From Sphingomicrobium sp. (GTDB taxonomy: Bacteria; Pseudomonadota; Alphaproteobacteria; Sphingomonadales; Sphingomonadaceae): a DNA stretch of 39,324 nucleotides. The notes beneath the pieces are model-generated. The model searched no databases and was not told the origin of the DNA. It saw nothing but the letters and a program-made list of their open reading frames with translations. Where the stretch lies: the NCBI GenBank assembly GCA_035279065.1, contig DATEIK010000132.1, forward strand, positions 1 through 39,324. Direction: 5' to 3'. The translations under genes and the position numbers were made by a program. Shown in pieces: positions 22,863 to 34,428 of this stretch; positions within the stretch are counted from its first letter, which is position 1, and each line of letters begins with the position of its first letter.

Positions 22863-23222
22863 ATGCGCCGCTTAGTCCTCGCCTCCGCTCTCTTCCTCTC
22901 CGCCTGCGCCACCCGGCCGCAGCAGCCGGAGACCGTGTCTCCGCCGCCCGTGACCGCCCAGCCGCAGCAGCAGACGCGCGGCCTGATCGGCATGACGCCG
23001 AGCGACCTCATGCATCATTTCGGCACCCCGGCGCTGCAGATCCGCGAAGGGACCAGCTTGAAGCTGCAGTTCCGCGGCCGCGCCTGCGTGCTCGACGCTT
23101 ACCTCTACCCGTCGGGAGGAGCGACCGGCGCGCTGCGCGTCACCCATGTCGACACGCGCGGGCCCTCGGGCGCCGATTATAGTCAGGCGGCCTGCGTCAC
23201 CTCGCTCGAATATCCGAGCTGA
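22863..23222 (+). CDS. Hypothetical lipoprotein
   Basis: Lipobox LSAC, Pro/Gln linker, FGTPALQIREG...CVLDAYLYP; SD GGAAAGG. Confidence 0.72.
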   Translation: MRRLVLASALFLSACATRPQQPETVSPPPVTAQPQQQTRGLIGMTPSDLMHHFGTPALQIREGTSLKLQFRGRACVLDAYLYPSGGATGALRVTHVDTRGPSGADYSQAACVTSLEYPS

Positions 23223-24256
23223 GCCAGCGCCCACCCGGCCGCCTCGGCGATCACCGGGTCGGGATCGGCGAGGTGCGCGCGGACTGACGGCACGAGCGAC
23301 GCATCGCCGCTGTTCCCGGCCGCGACCAGGCAATTGCGGATCATCCGCCTCACTCCGATGCGCTTGATCGGCGAGCCCGCGAACATCTCGCGGAAGCTCG
23401 CGTCGTCGAGCGCCAGCAGGTCCGCGAGACGCGGAGCGCCAAGCTCGGCGCGGGGCAGGAACGCCTTGTTCGCCGCGGCGCTCTTGGCGAACCGGTTCCA
23501 CGGGCAGACCGCGAGGCAATCGTCGCAGCCGTAGATGCGGTTGCCCATCGCAGCACGGAATTCGTGCGGGATCGGCCCGTCATGCTCGATCGTCAGGTAG
23601 GAGATGCATTTGCGCGCGTCGATCCGGTGCGCCGCGTCGAAAGCTTGGGTGGGGCAGGCATCGAGGCACCGCCGGCATGAGCCGCAATGGACGCCCTCGC
23701 TCGCCGGCGCGTCTGGCGTCAGCTCGAGGCTGGTCAGGATCACCCCGAGAAACAGCCAGCTGCCGTGATCGCGGGAAACCAGGTTGGTGTGCTTGCCCTG
23801 CCAGCCGATCCCCGCCGCCTGCGCCAGCGGCTTTTCCATGACCGGCGCGGTGTCGACGAACACCTTGAGCTCGGATGGCGCGCGGTCGACGATGAACCGG
23901 GCGAGCGCCTTCAGCGCCTTCTTGACCGTCTTGTGATAGTCGCCGCCCTGCGCATAGGCGGAGATGCGGCCGAGCTCGGGATGCGCTGCCAGCGCCAGCG
24001 GGTCGCTTGCCGGCGCGTAGCTCATCCCAAGCGCGATCGCGGACTTGGCCTCGGGCCATAGCGCGCGCGGCGACACGCGGTGGTGGGCGCGCTCCTCCAT
24101 CCAGCCCATCGTCCCGTGCCTGCCGGCCTCCAGCCAGCGCTGAAGGTCCAGCCCGGCGGCGTCCGCCGCATCCGCTCGCGCGAAGCCGCAGGCGACGAAG
24201 CTTAGGCGCTCGGCCTCGCTCCTTATTGCTTCCTCAAGGCTTTGGCCGTTATCCAC
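23183..24256 (-). CDS. queG: tRNA epoxyqueuosine(34) reductase
   Basis: HGTMGWM, ISAYAQGGDYH, FVDTAPVMEK, GWQGKHTN, CGSCRRCLDACPT, CISYLTIE, IYGCDDCLAVCPWN. Confidence 0.95.
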   Translation of the reverse strand: MDNGQSLEEAIRSEAERLSFVACGFARADAADAAGLDLQRWLEAGRHGTMGWMEERAHHRVSPRALWPEAKSAIALGMSYAPASDPLALAAHPELGRISAYAQGGDYHKTVKKALKALARFIVDRAPSELKVFVDTAPVMEKPLAQAAGIGWQGKHTNLVSRDHGSWLFLGVILTSLELTPDAPASEGVHCGSCRRCLDACPTQAFDAAHRIDARKCISYLTIEHDGPIPHEFRAAMGNRIYGCDDCLAVCPWNRFAKSAAANKAFLPRAELGAPRLADLLALDDASFREMFAGSPIKRIGVRRMIRNCLVAAGNSGDASLVPSVRAHLADPDPVIAEAAGWALAQLGYSSEVTQAA

Positions 24257-24300
24257 GGGCGCGCCCTACACGCTTCGCGTGATTTTCCGTAGGAATTTCA

Positions 24301-25251
24301 GTGCTTCGACAGGCCCAGCATCCCGATATCGCCGTCGAAGCGGTCGACCTCGTCAAGGATTTCGACAAGACGCGTGCGGTCGACGGCGTTAGCCTCGCCG
24401 TGCCGGCGGGCTCGATCTACGGCCTGCTCGGGCCCAACGGCGCCGGCAAGACCACGACGCTGCGCATCCTGCTGGGCATCATCGATCCGTCGAGCGGCAC
24501 GCGGCGCATCCTCGGCCGGGAGCAGCCGCTCGATGCTGCGGCCGAGGTCGGCTATTTGCCCGAGGAGCGCGGCCTCTATCCGGCGATGCACGCGCGCGAC
24601 GCGATCGCCTTCATCGGCGCGCTGCGCGGCTTGCCCCTTCGCGAAGGCCGCCGCCGGGCCGACCAGCTGCTCAACGAGCATGGCCTCGGCGAATGGGCGA
24701 AGAAGCCGATCCGTAACCTGTCCAAGGGCATGGCCCAGACCGTCCAGCTGCTCAGCACCATCATCCATAATCCGCGCCTGATCGTCCTCGACGAGCCCTT
24801 CGCCGGGCTCGACGCGATCAACCAGGGCCGGCTCGAAGAGCTGATCCGGCGCGAGGCGCGCGGCGGCGCGACCATCATCTTCTCGACCCACGTCATCGCC
24901 CACGCCGAGCGGCTGTGCGAGAGGATCGCGATCATCGCCAAGGGCAAGGTCGCGTTCGAAGGCCGCGTCGACGAGGCCCGCGGCCGGCTGCGGCCGATCG
25001 TTCGCCTCCGCACCCGCGCGGAGGATGGGCCGTGGCGCTCCGCGATTCCGGCGGGGGCGCGCCGCGAGGGCGACGAATATGTCTTCGAGCTGCCCGAAGG
25101 CGGGCCCGAGCCGTTGCTCAAGGCGCTGATCGACGGCGGCGCCGGCATCGAGACGCTGGCGATTGAGCGGCCCGGCCTGCACGACGCGTTCGTGGCGATC
25201 GCCGGCGACAGCGCGGCCGCGGCGATGGCTTCCGGGGCCACGGTCGAATGA
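24301..25251 (+). CDS. ABC-2 type exporter ATP-binding subunit
   Basis: Walker A GPNGAGKTT, YLPEERGLY, signature LSKGMAQ, Walker B VLDEPF. Confidence 0.9.
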   Translation: MLRQAQHPDIAVEAVDLVKDFDKTRAVDGVSLAVPAGSIYGLLGPNGAGKTTTLRILLGIIDPSSGTRRILGREQPLDAAAEVGYLPEERGLYPAMHARDAIAFIGALRGLPLREGRRRADQLLNEHGLGEWAKKPIRNLSKGMAQTVQLLSTIIHNPRLIVLDEPFAGLDAINQGRLEELIRREARGGATIIFSTHVIAHAERLCERIAIIAKGKVAFEGRVDEARGRLRPIVRLRTRAEDGPWRSAIPAGARREGDEYVFELPEGGPEPLLKALIDGGAGIETLAIERPGLHDAFVAIAGDSAAAAMASGATVE

Positions 25252-26462
25252 TGCGCCGCCTTCGCTCCGCCTTCGTCATCGCCCGCCGCGATTTCAGCGC
25301 GACCGTGCTGTCGAAGACCTTCCTGTTCTTCCTCCTCGGCCCGTTGTTTCCGCTGCTGCTAGGAGGCGCGTTCGGAAGCATCGGCGCTCGCGTCGCGAGC
25401 CGGACCGAGGTGCCGATGGTGGCCGTCATCTCATCGCCCGCGGATTTCGCGCGCATCGCCGCGGCGCGCGAACGCCTTGCGACAGCGCTCGGCGATCCCG
25501 GAGTCGTGCGTTTCGAACATTATGCGCCCGAGCGCGACCTCGCCGCTCAGCAGCGGCACCTTCTCGCCTCGAGCGACCCGCCGATCCGCGCCGTGCTCAC
25601 CGGCGGCCTCGCCGCGCCGCACCTCGTCGGAGGGGTCGATGCCGGCGGCCCGACCAGCGGCCAGGTCGACCTGATCCTCGCCGCGGCGCGCGAGCCGCGG
25701 CCGGACGCCGAGCTGATTCCCGTGACCAGGGTCGAGCAATCCAGCGGGTCGCTCGCCCGCGACCGCCAGCTGACGGCGCAGATCGGCCAGGTCGGACTGT
25801 TTTTCCTGACCCTCATGCTCTCGACCATGCTGCTGTCGCAGTTGATCGAGGAGAAATCGAACAAGATCATCGAGGTCATCGCCGCCGCCGTGCCGATCGA
25901 TTCCCTGTTCGTCGGCAAGCTGTTCGCGATGCTCGCGGCATCGATCCTCGGGGTCATCGTGTGGATCAGCGCGGGTGCGCTGCTGATCGAGCTCGCGACC
26001 ACCGGCGGCGTCCGGACGCTGCCGCCGCCGGCGCTCGGCTGGCCGGCCTTCCTGATCCTCGCCATCACCTATTTCGGCATGAACTACCTGCTGCTCGGCG
26101 CGGTCTTCCTGACCATCGGCGCGCAGGCGTCCACGGTGCGCGAAGTGCAGACCATGTCGATGCCGGTGACCTTCGGCCAGGTGCTGATCTTCGGCTTCGC
26201 GGCGACGGCGATCGGCTCGGTCAATGCGCCCGAGGCCATCGGCGCGGCGATCTTCCCCTTGTCCTCGCCGATGGTGATGCTGGCGCGCGCGGCCGAGGAT
26301 CCGGCCTGGTGGCCGCATGTCGCGGCGCTCGCCTGGCAGGCGCTGTGGGTGGCGCTGATCCTCAAGCTCGGCGCGCGCATGTTCCGCAAGACGGTGCTGA
26401 AATCCGGCCCGCGCGCAAAGCGTTGGCGCTGGTTCCGGCGCCCAGAGAAAGCTTCGGCTTAA
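25248..26462 (+). CDS. ABC-2 type exporter permease (NatB-like)
   Basis: IARRDF, one TM plus an extracytoplasmic loop, IEEKSNKIIEVI..., GKLF, multiple C-terminal TMs; ATGA-coupled to the ATPase. Confidence 0.85.
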   Translation: MMRRLRSAFVIARRDFSATVLSKTFLFFLLGPLFPLLLGGAFGSIGARVASRTEVPMVAVISSPADFARIAAARERLATALGDPGVVRFEHYAPERDLAAQQRHLLASSDPPIRAVLTGGLAAPHLVGGVDAGGPTSGQVDLILAAAREPRPDAELIPVTRVEQSSGSLARDRQLTAQIGQVGLFFLTLMLSTMLLSQLIEEKSNKIIEVIAAAVPIDSLFVGKLFAMLAASILGVIVWISAGALLIELATTGGVRTLPPPALGWPAFLILAITYFGMNYLLLGAVFLTIGAQASTVREVQTMSMPVTFGQVLIFGFAATAIGSVNAPEAIGAAIFPLSSPMVMLARAAEDPAWWPHVAALAWQALWVALILKLGARMFRKTVLKSGPRAKRWRWFRRPEKASA

Positions 26463-27201
26463 GCGATCGCTTCGCGCGCCATCTCTTCGAGTTTGGCCAT
26501 GAGCGCGCGGTGCGGGAAGGGGCCGTGGCTGATGCGCGCGACGCCGGCCTCGGCCCACACCTTCTTGTCGGGCGCGCCGGGAAAGGCGATCACGTTCAGC
26601 GGCAGCGGCACTTCGCGCACCACCCGCTCGATCTGCTTCGGGTCCGACAGGCGGGGGACGAAGAAGCCGCTCGCGCCGGCATCCGCGAACGCCTTGCCGC
26701 GCTCGACGACCTGGCCGACCAGCGCATCGTCATAGGTCTGGGTCTTCAGGAACAGGTCGGTCCGCGCGTTGATATAGAATTGGTCGCCGACCGCGCGGCG
26801 GATCGCGGCGACGCGCTTTACCTGGAGGTCGAGCGGGTGCAGCCCTTCGCCTCCGATCACCTGGTCCTCGAAGTTGCAGCCGACCGCGCCGGTCTCCGCG
26901 AGCTTCCGCACATTTTCGCCGCCCTCTTCCGGATCGGCCGAGTAGGCGCCTTCGAAGTCGACCGTCAGCGGCACTTCGACCGCCTCGGCGATGCGCCGGG
27001 CATTGGCGAAGGCGAAGTCCATCGGCACTTGCTGCCCGTCGGGCCAGCCGTTGGCGTCGGCGACGGGATGGCTGCCCGTCGCCAGCGCCTTCGCCCCGGC
27101 TTTCACCACCGCGAGCGCGCTGCCGACATCCCAGATGTTGTAGAGCACGACCGGGTCGCCGGGGACGTGCAGCGCGGCGAAGCTCTCGAAGCTGCCCGCC
27201 A

Positions 27202-27202
<1 letters not shown>
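26459..27202 (-). CDS. Isocitrate lyase/PEP mutase family protein
   Basis: NIWDVGSA, ATGS, PLTVDFEGAY, GCNFEDQ, INARTDLFL, AGASGFFVP, GVARISHG. Start placed at ATG 27202, sharing one base with the upstream stop. Confidence 0.85.
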
Positions 27203-28863
<1,661 letters not shown>

Positions 28864-28951
28864 GGGCGGGCGCTGTAGAGCCGTGCCGCGGACGTATCAA
28901 TCGCGCGGCGATGCTGGCGCCGGCATGGCCCGTGCATTATCGGCGCGAGGC

Positions 28952-29968
28952 ATGGCGACGACGCTGGCCGATTCCACGCTTCTCGACGGTCTCACGGAGC
29001 CCGCGCTGATCGCCAGCGAAGGGCGCGTCGTCTGCGCCAATGCCGCCGCGCGCGACCTGTTTGGCGAGCACATCGAGGGCGATCCGATCGCGTCGGTCGT
29101 CGCCCATCCCGCCGCGCTCGAGACCCTGGATGGCAAGGATGGCGACGCCGAGGTGGAGCTGACCGGCCTCGGTGGCTCGCGGCGCCATTGGCTGATGCGC
29201 GCAACCGCTCTCGCAAACGGTGCCACGCTGGTCCGCCTGGTGGACCGCAGCGAAGCTCGCGCTGCCGAGCAGATGCGCGTCGATTTCGTCGCCAACGCGA
29301 GCCACGAATTGCGCACTCCGCTGTCGACTCTCATCGGTTATACCGAGACCCTGCGCGAGCAGGTGGACATCGACGAGGCGACGCGCGAGCGCTTCCTGGC
29401 GGTCGTCCACGACGAGGCCCGCCGGATGCAGCGCGTGGTCGAAGACCTGATTTCCCTCTCCCGCATCGAAGCCGAGAAATTCAGCGCGCCGACGGAAGCG
29501 GTCGCGCTCGGCGACCTGATCGACCACGAAATCGACGGCGCCCGGCGCACCGCCGAGGAGCGCGGCTCGGAGCTGGTGCGTGACGTTCCCGCCGAGCTTC
29601 CCGAGATCGCGGCCGACCGCAGCCAGATTCTGCAGCTTCTCGACAACCTCCTGACCAATGCGCTGCGCTACGGCGAGCCGGGTACGCCAGTCACCGTTTC
29701 CGCGCGCGCGGAAGGCCCGATGGTTCGCCTGTCGGTCGCCGACCATGGGGAGGGCATCGCGCCCGAGCATATCGCGCGCGTGACGGAGCGCTTCTACCGG
29801 GTCGACACCAGCCGCAGCCGGTCGCTCGGCGGCACCGGGCTGGGCCTCGCCATCGTCAAGCATATCGTCGAGCGGCACCGCGGGCGCCTGGCGATCGACA
29901 GCGAGCTTGGGCGCGGGACGACGATCCATGTCCTGCTTCCGGTCGCGGCCGCCGATCCGGTTTCATAA
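28952..29968 (+). CDS. phoR: Phosphate regulon sensor histidine kinase
   Basis: PAS-like N-terminus, DFVANASHELRTPL, NLLTNALRY, DHGEGI, ERFYRVD.SRSR..GGTGLGLAIVKH; adjacent to phoB and pst. Confidence 0.85.
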   Translation: MATTLADSTLLDGLTEPALIASEGRVVCANAAARDLFGEHIEGDPIASVVAHPAALETLDGKDGDAEVELTGLGGSRRHWLMRATALANGATLVRLVDRSEARAAEQMRVDFVANASHELRTPLSTLIGYTETLREQVDIDEATRERFLAVVHDEARRMQRVVEDLISLSRIEAEKFSAPTEAVALGDLIDHEIDGARRTAEERGSELVRDVPAELPEIAADRSQILQLLDNLLTNALRYGEPGTPVTVSARAEGPMVRLSVADHGEGIAPEHIARVTERFYRVDTSRSRSLGGTGLGLAIVKHIVERHRGRLAIDSELGRGTTIHVLLPVAAADPVS

Positions 29969-29977
29969 AAGTGTCAT
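29960..29977 (+). promoter_or_regulatory. Pho box upstream of phoB
   Basis: GTTTCAT-AAAA-GTGTCAT (11-nt period), followed 10 nt later by a TAGAC -10-like element. Confidence 0.7.
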
Positions 29978-29999
29978 CCGCCGCGGCTAGACGGGGTTC

Positions 30000-30698
30000 A
30001 TGGCCGTGACCAAGCCGCGCCTGCTCCTGGTCGAGGACGACCGCGCGCTCGCCGACCTCCTGATGTGGCACTTCAACCGCGAAGGCTATGATATCGTCCG
30101 CACCGCCGACGGGGACGAGGCGCTGTTGCTCGCCGAAGAGCGCACGCCCGACCTGGTGATCCTTGACTGGATGATCGAAGGCGTCAGCGGGATCGAGGTC
30201 TGCCGGAGATTGCGGCGACGGGCGTCCACCTCCGCCGTGCCGATCATCATGCTGACCGCGCGCGGCGAGGAGAGCGACCGCATTCGCGGGCTCGAGACCG
30301 GCGCCGACGATTATGTCACCAAGCCGTTCAGCCCGCGCGAGCTGCTCGCGCGCGTCGGAGCCGTGTTGCGCCGCGTTCGGCCGGCGCTCGCTGGGGAACA
30401 GTTGAGCTACGGCGACCTCGAGATGGACGTCCAGTCTCACCGCGTCAGGCGCGGCGGGAAGCCAGTTTCGATCGGCCCGACCGAGTTCCGCCTCTTGCGC
30501 CACCTGATGGAAAATCCCGGCCGCGTCTTCTCCCGCGAAAGATTGCTGACTGCCGTCTGGACCCACGATCCCGACATCGACGAGCGGACCGTCGACGTGC
30601 ACGTGCGGCGGCTCCGCCGCGCGCTCAACGAAGGCGGACGCCCCGACCTCGTTCGCACCGTCCGCTCCGCCGGATACTCGCTCGACGCCGAGGATTGA
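30000..30698 (+). CDS. phoB: Phosphate regulon response regulator
   Basis: PDLVILDWM, IIMLTARGEESDRIRGLETGADDYVTKPFSPREL, GPTEFRLL, RTVDVHVRRLR, RTVRSAGY. Confidence 0.93.
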   Translation: MAVTKPRLLLVEDDRALADLLMWHFNREGYDIVRTADGDEALLLAEERTPDLVILDWMIEGVSGIEVCRRLRRRASTSAVPIIMLTARGEESDRIRGLETGADDYVTKPFSPRELLARVGAVLRRVRPALAGEQLSYGDLEMDVQSHRVRRGGKPVSIGPTEFRLLRHLMENPGRVFSRERLLTAVWTHDPDIDERTVDVHVRRLRRALNEGGRPDLVRTVRSAGYSLDAED

Positions 30699-30701
30699 GC
30701 G

Positions 30702-30730
30702 CTGTCACAAAAGTGAAACCGAGCCGTCAT
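30702..30730 (+). promoter_or_regulatory. Pho box array upstream of pstS
   Basis: CTGTCAC-AAAA-GTGAAAC-CGAG-CCGTCAT, three half-sites at an 11-nt period. Confidence 0.75.
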
Positions 30731-30783
30731 TCGGGAGCCGCCGCCAGCGCCTAACTCCGTTGCAAATACAACGGAGGAATGAT

Positions 30784-31836
30784 GTGAAGGCGATGATTTT
30801 GGCCGTTGGCGCGGCCGCCCTTTTGCTTGGCGCCTGCAGCAAGGCCCCGACCGGCCAAGGCAATGGCGCCGGAGGGCCCGCCGCCGCGACCGGACAGATT
30901 ACCGGTGCAGGCTCGACCTTTGTCTATCCGGTCCTCGCAGCGTGGTCGGGCGACTACGCCAAGCAGACCCGGCAAGCGGTCAACTACCAGTCGATCGGCT
31001 CTGGCGGCGGCGTGTCGCAGATCAAGGCCGGCACCGTCGATTTCGGCGCGACCGACCAGCCGCTTGAGCCCAAGGAGCTCGCCGAATCCGGACTGGCGCA
31101 ATTCCCCGTGGTAATTGGCGGCGTCGTTCCCGTGGTGAACATTCCCGGAGTGGCGCCCGGCCAGCTGAAGCTCACTGGCCCGCTCCTCGCCGACATCTAT
31201 GCCGGCAAGGTCAAGAAGTGGAACGACCCGACGATCGGCACGGTCAATGCCGGAGTCGCGCTTCCCAACGCGGATATCGCTGTCGTCCATCGCTCGGACG
31301 GATCGGGCACCAGCTTCAATTTCACCCACTATCTGAGCCAGGTCAGTCCGTCGTGGAAATCCGGCCCCGGCGAAGGCAAGTCGGTCGACTGGCCGGTCGG
31401 CGTCGGCGGCAAGGGTAACGAAGGCGTTGCCGGCTATGTGAAGCAGATTCCGAATTCGATCGGCTATGTCGAATATGCCTACGTCCTGCAGAACAAGATG
31501 GCTTTCGCCCAGCTGCAGAACGCGGCCGGCAACTTCGTCACGCCGAGCGCCGAGAGCTTTCAGGCCGCCGCGGCGAGCGCCGACTGGAAGAACGCCCGCG
31601 ACTTCTTCCTGGTGATGACCAATGCGCCCGGCGCCAATGCCTATCCGATCACGGCCACAACCTTCGTGCTGATGCATCGCCAGCCCAAGGACAAGGCGCG
31701 TTCGGATGCGGCGCTCGGCTTCTTCCGTTGGGCGCTGAAGGACGGCCAGGCCCAGGCGCAGAAGCTCGATTACGTGCCGCTTCCCGCCGACCTCGTCGGC
31801 CAGGTCGAAAGCTACATCGGCGCCAGCATCAAGTGA
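30784..31836 (+). CDS. pstS: Phosphate ABC transporter substrate-binding lipoprotein
   Basis: Lipobox LGAC, GAGSTF, YQSIGSGGG, DFGATD, HRSDGSGTS, GKGNEGV, IGYVEY, AYPI; SD GGAGG before GTG 30784. Confidence 0.93.
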   Translation: MKAMILAVGAAALLLGACSKAPTGQGNGAGGPAAATGQITGAGSTFVYPVLAAWSGDYAKQTRQAVNYQSIGSGGGVSQIKAGTVDFGATDQPLEPKELAESGLAQFPVVIGGVVPVVNIPGVAPGQLKLTGPLLADIYAGKVKKWNDPTIGTVNAGVALPNADIAVVHRSDGSGTSFNFTHYLSQVSPSWKSGPGEGKSVDWPVGVGGKGNEGVAGYVKQIPNSIGYVEYAYVLQNKMAFAQLQNAAGNFVTPSAESFQAAAASADWKNARDFFLVMTNAPGANAYPITATTFVLMHRQPKDKARSDAALGFFRWALKDGQAQAQKLDYVPLPADLVGQVESYIGASIK

Positions 31837-32792
31837 CCACTCCCCCTGATGCGTCGCCGAGGAGCGGCGCCGGCGCGGACCGGGCTTTCGAGCTCGCTAC
31901 CGCCGGCGCCGCGTGGCTCGTTCTCATCCTGCTCGGCGCCACCGCGGCGTCGATGGCGTGGGGCGGGCGGCTGGCGTTCGAGACGTTTGGCTGGAGTTTC
32001 GTGACGGGCCGCGACTGGGATGCGGTGGGCGGCCGCTTCGGCGCTTTGGTGCCGATTTACGGTACGCTCGTGACCTCGTTTCTCGCGCTATTCATCGCCG
32101 TCCCCGTCAGCATCGGCATTGCTCTGTTCCTGACCGACATCGCGCCGCGCTGGATGCGCGGGCCGATCGGCATCGCCATCGAGCTCCTCGCTGCGATCCC
32201 CAGCATCATTTACGGCATGTGGGGCCTGTTCGTGTTTGCGCCGTTCATGGCCGCGCATGTCGAACCCTGGCCAAGCGAGCATCTCGGACCGCTTCCGGTC
32301 ATCGGCGCGGCCTTCTCCGGACCGCCGATCGGCATCGGCCTGCTCACTGCTTCGATCGTGCTCGGGATCATGATCATCCCGTTCATTTCGACCGTTTCCC
32401 GCGACGTGTTCAACGCAGTGCCGCCGCAACTCAAGGAAGCCGCGGTCGCGCTCGGTTCGACGCGCTGGGAGATCCTGAGCCGCGTCACTCTACCGTACAC
32501 GCGGTCGGCGATCATCGGCGCCGCTTTCCTCGGCCTCGGGCGAGCTCTTGGCGAAACGATGGCCGTGACTTTCGTCCTCGGCAACGCGCATGACCTTTCG
32601 TTCTCGCTGTTGATGCCGAGCAATTCGATCGCCGCCGCGATCGCCAATGAATTCACCGAGGCCGACACCGAGCTTTATCGCTCGTCGCTCATCGCGCTCG
32701 CCTGCCTGCTGTTCGTCGTGACCTTCCTCGTCCTGACGGCGGCGAAGCTGATGCTGATGCGGATCGGCCGCGTCCAGGGACGGACTCACTGA
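31833..32792 (+). CDS. pstC: Phosphate ABC transporter permease PstC
   Basis: IYGTLVTS, IELLAAIPSIIYGMWGLF, LGLGRALGETMAV, IANEFTEA. GTG start overlaps the pstS stop. Confidence 0.92.
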   Translation: MTTPPDASPRSGAGADRAFELATAGAAWLVLILLGATAASMAWGGRLAFETFGWSFVTGRDWDAVGGRFGALVPIYGTLVTSFLALFIAVPVSIGIALFLTDIAPRWMRGPIGIAIELLAAIPSIIYGMWGLFVFAPFMAAHVEPWPSEHLGPLPVIGAAFSGPPIGIGLLTASIVLGIMIIPFISTVSRDVFNAVPPQLKEAAVALGSTRWEILSRVTLPYTRSAIIGAAFLGLGRALGETMAVTFVLGNAHDLSFSLLMPSNSIAAAIANEFTEADTELYRSSLIALACLLFVVTFLVLTAAKLMLMRIGRVQGRTH

Positions 32793-33622
32793 TGCCGCTC
32801 CGCCGGAAGCTCGCGGACCTGCTGGCGCTGTTGTTCGCGGGCGCCGCGACCCTGTTCGGCCTGACCTGGCTCATCTGGATCCTGGGGACGACGCTCGTCG
32901 AAGGAGGCGCGGCACTGTCGCCGCAATTGTTCACCGCGATGACTCCGCCGCCGGGCGAGAGCGGCGGCTTGCTGAACGCCTTCTACGGCAGCGCGGTGAT
33001 GGTGCTGCTTGCGCTCGCCATCGGAACGCCGATCGGCGTCGCCGCGGGCACCTATCTCGCCGAACATGGACACCATTCGCGCGCTGCCGTCGCCATCGGC
33101 TTCATCAACGATGTGCTGTTGAGCGCGCCCTCGATCGTGATTGGCCTTTTCGTCTATGAGCTGGTTGTCCGGCCGAGCGGCCATTTTTCGGGTTTCGCGG
33201 GCGCGCTTGCGCTGGCGATGATCCTGCTGCCGATCGTCGTCCGTACCACCGACGAGGCCCTTCGGCTGGTCCCCAACACCATGCGCGAAGCGGCCTTCGC
33301 GCTCGGCGTTCCGCGTTGGCGCGTCACCGCGCGCATTCTCTACAAGGCGGCGCTGAGCGGGATCGTCACAGGAGTGCTGCTGGGTCTCGCCCGGATCGCC
33401 GGCGAGACGGCGCCGCTGCTCTTCACCGCGCTCAACAACCAGTTTTGGACCGCAAGCCTCGGCGAGCCGCTGGCCAATCTCCCGGTGGTCATCTTCCAAT
33501 ATGCGATGAGCCCATACGACCAGTGGCACGCCCTCGCCTGGGCTGGCGCGTTCGTGCTCACCGCCTTTGTCCTCAGCCTCAACCTGCTGGTGCGCTTCTT
33601 CGCGCGCGGAGCCCGCAAATGA
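32792..33622 (+). CDS. pstA: Phosphate ABC transporter permease PstA
   Basis: [42 protein letters not shown]. Confidence 0.92.
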   Translation: MPLRRKLADLLALLFAGAATLFGLTWLIWILGTTLVEGGAALSPQLFTAMTPPPGESGGLLNAFYGSAVMVLLALAIGTPIGVAAGTYLAEHGHHSRAAVAIGFINDVLLSAPSIVIGLFVYELVVRPSGHFSGFAGALALAMILLPIVVRTTDEALRLVPNTMREAAFALGVPRWRVTARILYKAALSGIVTGVLLGLARIAGETAPLLFTALNNQFWTASLGEPLANLPVVIFQYAMSPYDQWHALAWAGAFVLTAFVLSLNLLVRFFARGARK

Positions 33623-34422
33623 TTGAAATCCTCGAGCGCCAGGAACTGTCGGCCGCGATCGCTGAAAGTCCGCCCAAGATCGACATTCGCAATGTGGCCT
33701 TCTTCTATGGCAAGTCGCAGGCGCTGAACGGCGTCGATCTCTCCGTGCCGGCAAATGCGGTCACCGCCATCATCGGTCCGTCGGGATGCGGAAAATCGAC
33801 GCTGCTGCGCGCGATCAATCGCATCTATGAGCTTTATCCCGAGCAGCGGGCGACTGGTGAAATCCTGATCGACGGGCGCAACGTGCTCGACCGCAAATAT
33901 TCGCTGTCCGCGCTGCGTCGCGCCGTCGGCATGGTGTTCCAGAAGCCGACGCCCTTCTCGACCACCATCCGCAACAATGTTGCCTTCGCGCTGTCTTATT
34001 TCGAGCGGCTTCCCAAGGCCGAGCTTGCCGACCGGGTCGAGGACGCGCTCCGCCAGGCGGCGCTGTGGGACGAGGTTAAGGACACGCTCCACGCCAGCGC
34101 GCTGTCGCTCTCGGGCGGGCAGCAGCAGCGTTTGTGCATCGCCCGCACGCTCGCGGTCCGGCCCGAGGTAATCCTGCTCGATGAACCGACCTCGGCGCTC
34201 GACCCCATTTCGACCACCCGGATCGAGGAGCTGATCCATGAGCTTCGGCAGCGCTTCACGATCGTCATCGTCACCCATAACATGCAGCAGGCTGCGCGCG
34301 TTTCTCAGCGCACGGCCTTCTTCCACCTCGGCGAGCTGGTCGAGGTCGGCGACACCACGCAGATTTTCACCAACCCGCATGTCCCGCGCACGCAGGACTA
34401 CATCACGGGCCGCTATGGCTAA
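33619..34422 (+). CDS. pstB: Phosphate ABC transporter ATPase
   Basis: [60 protein letters not shown]. Confidence 0.95.
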   Translation: MIEILERQELSAAIAESPPKIDIRNVAFFYGKSQALNGVDLSVPANAVTAIIGPSGCGKSTLLRAINRIYELYPEQRATGEILIDGRNVLDRKYSLSALRRAVGMVFQKPTPFSTTIRNNVAFALSYFERLPKAELADRVEDALRQAALWDEVKDTLHASALSLSGGQQQRLCIARTLAVRPEVILLDEPTSALDPISTTRIEELIHELRQRFTIVIVTHNMQQAARVSQRTAFFHLGELVEVGDTTQIFTNPHVPRTQDYITGRYG

Positions 34423-34428
34423 GGAGCG

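Noticed and set aside
23183-23222. 40-nt convergent overlap of queG and the lipoprotein gene (shorter ones also at ygfZ/cyclase, crp/pyrC, permease/kinase and ABC/ICL)
   Set aside because: Short 3' overlaps are common in compact GC-rich genomes; there is no evidence for antisense regulation.
24301-24323. ABC ATPase 5' end (CTTCGACAGGCCCAGCAT, LRQAQH) resembles a fragment of a REP-like repeat
   Set aside because: Short, no partner arm and no second copy in the window, so it cannot be supported.
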